This document shows, piece by piece, positions 57,259 to 64,000 of a stretch of 64,000 nucleotides of DNA. The notes below the pieces were generated by a model. The model was given only the letters and a program-made list of their open reading frames with translations, was not told where the DNA came from and searched no databases. Each line of letters starts with the position of its first letter. Positions within the stretch are counted from its first letter, which is position 1. The DNA comes from a virus: IMG/VR virus record IMGVR_UViG_3300032053_000008; one strand, 5' to 3'. The translations under genes and the position numbers were made by a program.

Positions 57259-58472
57259 TGCTGCTTAGCCTTTTGTTGTTGATTGTTGGCTTTTACCGAT
57301 ATATCAGTACCATCGGTAGCCTGAACTTGGCCTGAGGCCATTGAGCGCCATACTTCTTTACCGTTTACCAGAACTTTTTTGTAGTTGCCCTTGCGGGTTC
57401 CAACAGGGAAACGGATACCAGACATAGCCTGAGGACCAGAAGAACTGACGCCCTTTTTTTCTAGGTCTTGTTCAGATTTTTGAACTTGCTTGGCGCTGGT
57501 GATCAATTTCTGGATCATAGACATAGTTTGCTGGAAAGCTTTAGGGTCCTTGCTGGCCATAGCCATAATCTGAGGTATTTGCGCCTTAACGTCTTTAAGT
57601 TTGTCCATTAATTCTTGGTTGTGGTCGGCGGTAGCTTCTTTGGTAGCATCATCGACTTCTTGAGCTACTTCTTGTGCTGCCTGTTCTTGTTCCTGTCCGT
57701 CACCTTCGCCCTGTTGTTGTCCAGGTGCCTGTTGTTGTTGAGGCTGACCACTAAGTTGACCAAGCAAATCAGTAGTATTGGTATTAGCATGGGCATCTGG
57801 GTCTTCCTGGCCTTGCGGCTGTTGTTGTTGCTGGGCTTGTTGTTGTTGCATCATTTGCTGTTGTTGTTGAGCGGCTTGTTCGATTTCCCCGGCACCAAGC
57901 ATTTCATTTATGGCTTGAATAAACTGGGCTTCAGCGCTAAAACTTTCTTTTAGAGACATACGCTTGGGCACTGGATTAGATTTTTGGTCTATAACTTTTT
58001 GGTAAGGCTTGTCATCTGGCTGTTCTGGGTCAAATAGGTTGGTAGGCAAACTGACGTTTTGATTTATGTTTGTTCTTGAATTGGAAGTTTTTGTAATTTT
58101 TTCTTGGTAAGTATCTGCCGGATTAAAAAGTTCAACTTTACCAGTTTTATAAGATTTCTTGGCAGCCATTGCCGCTTCTTGGAAATCTAATCCAACACCA
58201 ATAGCCAGTCCATCTCCAGCAGTTTCGGTAAAGTTTTCAATTAAATTAGGTAGTTCTGCCGCTACATCAATAGGTATTTCCATAGCTATAAAGTCTGGAT
58301 TACAAAATGGCATAGATCCACCGTGGGATTCCACAGTAGATTTCATTTTGTCTATAAGTCCCTGTAATTCAAACTGATAATGGTTGGCTACGCTAAATCG
58401 GCCCTCTTTGGCCGAATTAATTAGTTTGTCTCTTACTGCATCCGCAAATATAACTGCCCATACCTTACTCAT
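57255..58472 (-). CDS. protein with N-terminal degenerate mCpol-like domain and poly-Gln region
   Basis: VIFADAV...VESHGG....NPD...AIGVG....EA..A.K...GK; QQQQQMMQQQQ tract. Confidence 0.6.
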   Translation of the reverse strand: MSKVWAVIFADAVRDKLINSAKEGRFSVANHYQFELQGLIDKMKSTVESHGGSMPFCNPDFIAMEIPIDVAAELPNLIENFTETAGDGLAIGVGLDFQEAAMAAKKSYKTGKVELFNPADTYQEKITKTSNSRTNINQNVSLPTNLFDPEQPDDKPYQKVIDQKSNPVPKRMSLKESFSAEAQFIQAINEMLGAGEIEQAAQQQQQMMQQQQAQQQQQPQGQEDPDAHANTNTTDLLGQLSGQPQQQQAPGQQQGEGDGQEQEQAAQEVAQEVDDATKEATADHNQELMDKLKDVKAQIPQIMAMASKDPKAFQQTMSMIQKLITSAKQVQKSEQDLEKKGVSSSGPQAMSGIRFPVGTRKGNYKKVLVNGKEVWRSMASGQVQATDGTDISVKANNQQQKAKQQ

Positions 58473-58476
58473 ACGC

Positions 58477-59592
58477 TCACCTGTATTTTGTATTCAGCTT
58501 GTTTTTTAAGGTTTCGACAAAAGCTTCAATGATTTCTGGATCTGCTTTTGAACTAAAACTTATTTTATATCCACCAGATGTTTTACTCAACCTTAAAAAC
58601 GCTTTATTTTTGTTTTCTTGGGAAGTTACATAAAAACAAGCACAAGGGGAATATTTTGGGCCAGACTCGGACTTAGTAAACTCAGGAGTTTTGCAATGAG
58701 GGCAAGGAGCGTATAAATCTGATTCGCTTATTGTGATTTCCGGCTCTTTTTTCTCTAGTTGAGCTTTAGTAAGATAGTTCCTGAAATAAGTGGCTGGTGT
58801 AGATGTAGGTTTGGCAGGTTTAGTGGCTGCGATGTTGAGTTTGTGTTGGATCATGGCCGGATTTTGTGCGGTATCGGCTTTTGTTTGCCCTTTGGTTTGC
58901 TGGGTAACTTGTTTGGTCATTGCCGCTTTAGGGTCTCTAGATGGAGCTGTTGCTTTAAGTGGAGCTACCGGTCCGTTTGGGGCAGCGTGGCCACTTGGGG
59001 CACCAGTTTCGTGCATTCCAGCTTTTTCAATCTTTTCTTTAGAGTCTTCCACCGCTTTAGCGGTAAACTTTTCGTCCATTATTCGATCAATAACTTTACC
59101 AAGAATTTTAGTAACTTCCACCATTGCATTAATGGCAGTGTCGGACTGTGGCATAACTGGCATATGAATATCTGAGGCAGACATCAAGGCCGCTGGCAAT
59201 TCACTAGAACCAGCTTTTTTGCCGTCATAGTCTTCAGTCATGGACATCAAATGTCCGCCAAAGGCTGGCAAAGTTTGGTTTTCAAAGGAATGGACAATAT
59301 GTCCACCTTTTATGAATTGGGCAGTATAGGCATCTAGGCCAGTTTTATTGACTTGGATCTTTAGGTCGTCTAGGCCAGGATAAGATAAAACCTTTTCGTC
59401 ACCTGGGTGCATAGGCTTAATGGAAGATACTAGCCAGGACAATATGGTTCTAGGGACAGCTAAAATAGGCAGATACATATCAATAGGAGACAAAAGAGAT
59501 TTGCTGTCCCTACGATACATAGTCTTACTTAGCGTTTCAAAGCCGTCATCGCCAAGCAAGCTTTTTAGTAGTTTTTCTGCCTTAGTGTGCAT
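58477..59592 (-). CDS. hypothetical virion/head protein with C-terminal Zn-finger
   Basis: CPHC...CAC; multiple hydrophobic-x-K-[SAT] motifs. Confidence 0.65.
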   Translation of the reverse strand: MHTKAEKLLKSLLGDDGFETLSKTMYRRDSKSLLSPIDMYLPILAVPRTILSWLVSSIKPMHPGDEKVLSYPGLDDLKIQVNKTGLDAYTAQFIKGGHIVHSFENQTLPAFGGHLMSMTEDYDGKKAGSSELPAALMSASDIHMPVMPQSDTAINAMVEVTKILGKVIDRIMDEKFTAKAVEDSKEKIEKAGMHETGAPSGHAAPNGPVAPLKATAPSRDPKAAMTKQVTQQTKGQTKADTAQNPAMIQHKLNIAATKPAKPTSTPATYFRNYLTKAQLEKKEPEITISESDLYAPCPHCKTPEFTKSESGPKYSPCACFYVTSQENKNKAFLRLSKTSGGYKISFSSKADPEIIEAFVETLKNKLNTKYR

Positions 59593-59595
59593 TTA

Positions 59596-59991
59596 TTACC
59601 CAAGGTAAGAAGAGTCTGCCACGTCAAAAATAGCGGCACCAGAACCAGATACCTTGTAAGCATAAATTCCAGGAGGAACTATCAAATAAGTATAGTCTAA
59701 GGGACGCAAAGGGTAGCCTGTTCCAAGAGCGGCCACAGCCGTACTTGTTCCATCATCAAAAGCCACATAAAGAGCGGTAGCCAATGAATTGAAAAAGCAA
59801 ACCATTTGACCTGGAACTGCAGTTAAAGTGGTAAAACTAGTTGAAGCTAGCCCAACAGGAATCATTAACCCTTCAGAATTAATGGATTTTGAGGCACCAG
59901 CTTCATCGTTATAGCGCATTTCAGTGTTGCTATAACCACCAGAAATCTTGTCTGTTAGTTTTTTTCTTTTTAAATCAGTAGTATACGACAT
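59596..59991 (-). CDS. small virion structural protein
   Basis: Beta-rich; GGGAG RBS; lies in the structural cluster. Confidence 0.6.
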   Translation of the reverse strand: MSYTTDLKRKKLTDKISGGYSNTEMRYNDEAGASKSINSEGLMIPVGLASTSFTTLTAVPGQMVCFFNSLATALYVAFDDGTSTAVAALGTGYPLRPLDYTYLIVPPGIYAYKVSGSGAAIFDVADSSYLG

Positions 59992-60018
59992 TTAGATAAA
60001 CTCCCTATAAGGGTAAGA

Positions 60019-60987
60019 TTACGTTTTTGGGCCTTTAGTGGGTGGAGCGCCGAAATTTCCTACAGTATTATTAGTAGCTTCCGGGTAAATACCGCTATAT
60101 TGACGAGGAGCCAAATCGCTTCTTGGGTCATCCCCCTGAAGAGGTCTAGCTGGATCATTGCGGTTTTTATCCATAAAGATATTTTCCCTTAGTGCCAAAA
60201 CCTCAAAAGGCATTCTTTCAAGCTTTCTTTCATAGGTTAAGGGATCGGTAACATTTGTAACTCTGATTTCATGTAAGATCTTATCAACTATGAAAAAAGG
60301 AGTATACAAATAACGTACCGCATAAACAGTTTCTCTTCCTATTGTTGGATTATACCCAGGTCTTCTTTGGGTGGTCCATTTAAGCCAGCCCTCAGAAGTA
60401 ATGACAAAATCTTTGTCTTGGGTATATTCTTCGCCATTAGCATCTACAAGGTCCACAACCTTTAGAGCAGGGAATTGCAAACGATCTATTCCAGTTGAAC
60501 TGGCTTCCATGTATTGCATACAAGATACATACATTTCTATGTCAGCTAAATAGAATCTATCCCAAGCTTGCAAAATTACTGGCTCTAAACTATCTTCGTA
60601 ATACCTTGTAACTGTTAAATAAACTGAAGCAAAAGACAGGTTTCCCATATCTTCAGCTTTTGTGTCTTTAGTATTATTATGGAACCAAGCATACACATGT
60701 CCGGAATTTTTGTAAATATATCCATCAGAGTTGCGCGGTCTAAGATTCATTACATCTCTATTGTCACCACGGCTGGCCATACCTCTTGGGTCTGGCAAAG
60801 CTCTTTGATGAACAAGCCTTACTCCGTGAGTTTTGATCAAAAAATCGAATTTGTCTGCATCAAAACTGACCTGAGATTTAGTTAGGTCAATAATGCTTTG
60901 AGGACCTTCAAGAGGCCTATCTACTCTTGGTCTTGGACCATTGTCTGTATGGTCGGTACGACCTTTAGGTGGCTTAGGTGGCTTCAT
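60019..60987 (-). CDS. neck / head completion protein
   Basis: F...F..LI..HG.R and DR....D...YAVRY...P.F.V..I.HE.R patterns; synteny. Confidence 0.65.
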   Translation of the reverse strand: MKPPKPPKGRTDHTDNGPRPRVDRPLEGPQSIIDLTKSQVSFDADKFDFLIKTHGVRLVHQRALPDPRGMASRGDNRDVMNLRPRNSDGYIYKNSGHVYAWFHNNTKDTKAEDMGNLSFASVYLTVTRYYEDSLEPVILQAWDRFYLADIEMYVSCMQYMEASSTGIDRLQFPALKVVDLVDANGEEYTQDKDFVITSEGWLKWTTQRRPGYNPTIGRETVYAVRYLYTPFFIVDKILHEIRVTNVTDPLTYERKLERMPFEVLALRENIFMDKNRNDPARPLQGDDPRSDLAPRQYSGIYPEATNNTVGNFGAPPTKGPKT

Positions 60988-61457
60988 CTGAAGTCCTTGT
61001 GACTAAGCAATACGTCAGGTAGAGAGTTAAGGGAAATATTACGTACAACCATTTTACTTTTGTCGGTATATGACAGTTTTTGCAAGTCTTCTTTTTTAGA
61101 CAAACCAATGTCATCTGTTTCCGTGTTGAAAGTGACGTACAAGGGCGAGTCTGGGAAATCTGTTTGAATAGGGGTAGCAAAATATGCCAATAGCTTAGAA
61201 TAAAGATCTATGTCAGATTTCATTAGATCTTCGCTTTTAACCATGTCTTCATTCCACTTGATCTTTGGCTCAGCTTTTTCAGCCATCCACTTAGCTACGG
61301 CTTTGTGGGGAGCCATCGACAGGGTTTTAACCTCAGACTTAGACTTTTGAAAAAAGCAATGCAAACCGCCATGAGTCAAAATGTACATAATAGGGTCTTT
61401 GTCGAAAGTAGCCCCTACGATCTTTTTTTCTGACACTTGATCTAGATCAATTTTCAT
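60984..61457 (-). CDS. hypothetical head-associated protein
   Basis: MVKSEDLMKS motif; coupled ORF. Confidence 0.65.
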   Translation of the reverse strand: MKIDLDQVSEKKIVGATFDKDPIMYILTHGGLHCFFQKSKSEVKTLSMAPHKAVAKWMAEKAEPKIKWNEDMVKSEDLMKSDIDLYSKLLAYFATPIQTDFPDSPLYVTFNTETDDIGLSKKEDLQKLSYTDKSKMVVRNISLNSLPDVLLSHKDFR

Positions 61458-61858
61458 AAAGTAAACATCCTTTTGATTCTATCAAGGAAAGTCGGCTTGT
61501 TGTGTTCTGGTTCGATTTCCTTGTCTTCAAAGGCATTGTCTCTAATAATATGCTCTTTTTGATCTTCTCTGGCCCGATACTCTAACCACTTATAAAAATC
61601 AAAAGAAAAATCAATGCTTTTAGGTAGCTGCAATTGAGTTTTAATTAATGGTTTTTCTTTATTAAAATGGGCCGCCAAATAAGAAGTACTGTTAAAATAC
61701 CTCAATAAGAAAACTTTTGCTTCATCAAGATCTTTTGCTTTGTCTAGCATAAGGCTTATGGATGGGTAACTTTCAACAATTGGTTCCATGTCAGACCAGT
61801 TGTTAACTTTAAACTGTTTTTCTTCATTGCTCATGGTGTTTTTAACTATTAATATCAC
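61454..61858 (-). CDS. hypothetical protein
   Basis: Coupled ORF in the structural cluster. Confidence 0.65.
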   Translation of the reverse strand: MILIVKNTMSNEEKQFKVNNWSDMEPIVESYPSISLMLDKAKDLDEAKVFLLRYFNSTSYLAAHFNKEKPLIKTQLQLPKSIDFSFDFYKWLEYRAREDQKEHIIRDNAFEDKEIEPEHNKPTFLDRIKRMFTL

Positions 61859-63164
61859 CTAAGAATTTCCTTACCTTGTGTGACATAAACGGAGTTAAAT
61901 GTTTGGCCCCATTTGGCATCTTGTCGTCATGGGCAAGTATATCACGGAGTTTAAGTTTGTCTAGGTGTTTATGGTAGTCAGTTTTTTTGCCGTTGTCTTG
62001 CATAAGAGCTTTAGTTATATGAAGTTTGGCTTGGATTCCATTGTCGTTATGTGGAAAATTACCTAATATTTCTAACAATTTATCTTTAGGTATATCATTA
62101 AACTGCTCTTTGCCTGTAGCTGAGCCAACAGCTTCAGATATATCCCATGGATTATGAGTTTTTCCATGCAAAGATTTAGCTACGTGATTTAAAGCTTTGT
62201 CTGGGGTACCATCAAGATATAGAACATTACTTTTGTTTTTTGGTTGATCTGCGGAAATATCCGAAAAGAATGGTTCATGCCCAGCTAAAGTGTCATTTGC
62301 CCATTTAGTCATGGCATCGTGTCTGGATTTATAAGAAGATACTATGTGATTTTTCCAGTCATCATGTTTAATGCCGTTAGCTTCATCAATCAAAGAGCCT
62401 TTAACTTTTGGAGCACTATTTAACCACCAAGATGCTAAATTTTTAGCATGTTGGTGGTCTCTATCGGCCTCTGGAGTAAAACGATATAAAGCACTGTTAC
62501 GCGTTAAGTCTTCCATTGAGTTAGTACCACGATCATAACCAAAAGCGAAAGAGTGATCAATAGCTAGTGGACTGTGATACCCTTTTTGGTCTGGAAGATT
62601 ATTGGCCATTATATTGCCAGAATGTCTGTCAATATTACCTGTAAGGTAGTCCATTACATTAATTTTATTAGCAACAAGTGGATCTATTTGATGTTTTTGA
62701 TGGTTATATTCTTCAGTATTATCAGCAAACTTGTGGACCATTACCGGCATTTCACCAATAGAAGTGCTTAGAGTGTGGTGTTTTACATCTTCGATGTTGT
62801 GGTGTAGGCCAGCCGCTTCGTACATTCTTTTTGTGGCTGAGGTAGCAAATCCACCTAAACCGTTGTTTACTTTAGAGTTATAAGGCTTAACCATAAACGT
62901 ACTGTTTGGCGTTTTGTATACCAGCTTGTCTTCATACCCTTCAGCCATATTTTTAGGCTTGTGGTGTTCGCTAGAAGACACGGCTTGATCAAAGTCCGCA
63001 TGACCGCCAGCAGATTGGGTAGGTTTCAGATATGACGCAGATTCTTCATTGTGGGCCTTACTAGCAAAATCAGTCAATGAGGGCTGGTCTAGCTTTTTAG
63101 CCAGCAACTGTTCAGTAGGTAAGTACTCAGGTTGAGTCCTTAGTGTATACCACGCCTTTATCAT
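61842..63164 (-). CDS. HipA/PI3-PI4-kinase-like protein kinase
   Basis: FMVKP (ATP-binding Lys), DYLTGNIDRHSGN catalytic loop, LAIDH metal-binding motif. Confidence 0.8.
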   Translation of the reverse strand: MIKAWYTLRTQPEYLPTEQLLAKKLDQPSLTDFASKAHNEESASYLKPTQSAGGHADFDQAVSSSEHHKPKNMAEGYEDKLVYKTPNSTFMVKPYNSKVNNGLGGFATSATKRMYEAAGLHHNIEDVKHHTLSTSIGEMPVMVHKFADNTEEYNHQKHQIDPLVANKINVMDYLTGNIDRHSGNIMANNLPDQKGYHSPLAIDHSFAFGYDRGTNSMEDLTRNSALYRFTPEADRDHQHAKNLASWWLNSAPKVKGSLIDEANGIKHDDWKNHIVSSYKSRHDAMTKWANDTLAGHEPFFSDISADQPKNKSNVLYLDGTPDKALNHVAKSLHGKTHNPWDISEAVGSATGKEQFNDIPKDKLLEILGNFPHNDNGIQAKLHITKALMQDNGKKTDYHKHLDKLKLRDILAHDDKMPNGAKHLTPFMSHKVRKFLGDINS

Positions 63165-64000
63165 ACATGTCCGCTAAAGAATTTGCTGGAAGTTATCTGC
63201 TTGATTCTTTTGATATATTTTTGAGCTTGTTCGTCTGCATTTTTGCGCTTTTCTTGGAGCAAAGAAAACATGTTGTCGTTAACTGATTGGCTAAGACCAT
63301 CGATGCCTAAGGACTGAGTAGCGTACCGGAACTGCGGTATAAGATTATCCAAGACAAGCATGGTAGCCATGCACCCAACAGCTTCATTGATAATAACCGG
63401 CACTTGGCCTTCGGCAGTACCAAAACCGCACACAACTTCAGTGTTCCAATAAGATGGAACCCAGCCGGACTGGCCGATGAACTGCATAATGGTTGCCCCA
63501 CCAGCCGGAGCCGATACGTCAGCTCCAATAGCCGAAAAGGCAGGGTTCAGGGGATTAACAATAAGGGTACCTCTAGAAGCATTAGCCATATCAATCCATT
63601 GATTAGGTATCTTATAGATCAAATTGGTAGCAGGGTACTGGGATGTTTCTTGGTCTGGATTGCTATTATATGCAGCAGCCCTAATAGACAAATCAATAAC
63701 GGTCTGGATGGGTTTATTTGGTACTTCCAGTGTCATAAAAGAGAAGTATAAGTTAGGGTCAAAAGGCAAACGGTACCGGCGCACAACCTGGAATATTTCT
63801 ACCTGACACATCAATTCAAAGTCATTGGCAGCTCTCTGGATAAAGTCCTTAAGCATGGCATTAGTTATTTTTTGCTTAGTTACAGGTGAAGTAAGTGGAA
63901 TACCCCACAAAAAACGATCCATAAGTACATCTGGGGTAATGAATGGCTCAACTCGGGTTAAGCCACTAGCACCCTCCAAGACTTTTTCTGGATATACGGA
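63161..64000 (-). CDS. head-tail adaptor / neck protein, 5' end beyond window
   Basis: QSLGIDGLSQS motif of SPO1/Twort-like neck proteins; frame open from 63979 to 64000. Confidence 0.7.
   Translation of the reverse strand, partial: SVYPEKVLEGASGLTRVEPFITPDVLMDRFLWGIPLTSPVTKQKITNAMLKDFIQRAANDFELMCQVEIFQVVRRYRLPFDPNLYFSFMTLEVPNKPIQTVIDLSIRAAAYNSNPDQETSQYPATNLIYKIPNQWIDMANASRGTLIVNPLNPAFSAIGADVSAPAGGATIMQFIGQSGWVPSYWNTEVVCGFGTAEGQVPVIINEAVGCMATMLVLDNLIPQFRYATQSLGIDGLSQSVNDNMFSLLQEKRKNADEQAQKYIKRIKQITSSKFFSGHV

Noticed and set aside
2506-63806. Many 60-215 aa ORFs nested in or antisense to long genes (e.g. 18251-18898, 31865-32317, 49972-50439, 9748-10161)
   Set aside because: Shadow ORFs lying within well-supported genes, with no recognisable motifs.
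1-64000. Stop-codon reassignment as in some large phages
   Set aside because: Long genes are intact under code 11, and TAA, TAG and TGA all end genes at tight junctions.

Overview
This window is about 64 kb of a large, AT-rich lytic myovirus genome, most likely infecting a flagellated diderm bacterium. Most of it is a minus-strand virion morphogenesis region. From right to left it holds neck/head-completion genes, a cluster of putative head-packaged effector proteins, tail sheath and tube, tail fibres, tail chaperones and tape measure, baseplate hub and spike, a LysM/gp25 fusion, a giant baseplate-J, a wedge protein and a distal tail protein. Short accessory cassettes interrupt it, carrying a MazG-like NTP-PPase, an exported ClpP-like protease, ThyX, an NrdJ-like RNR with an HNH gene, an SLT, Rrf2 and Fis-type regulators, and lipoproteins. 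Four observations stand out. (1) Six matches, four of them perfect, to the flagellar sigma-28 promoter (TAAAGTTT-N11-GCCGATAA) drive accessory cassettes; one points antisense into structural genes. (2) An 886-aa polyvalent protein (ART / GNAT / degenerate mCpol / GNAT / ART-like) sits among neck genes with a second degenerate mCpol protein and a HipA/PI4K-like kinase, all punctuated by hydrophobic-x-K-[SAG] motifs that resemble prohead-protease sites. (3) A ~320-nt hairpin-rich non-coding region has a tRNA-Ala-like acceptor end. (4) A 33-bp palindromic tandem repeat lies upstream of a Fis-type HTH gene. All family assignments come from motif recognition by eye; no searches were run.
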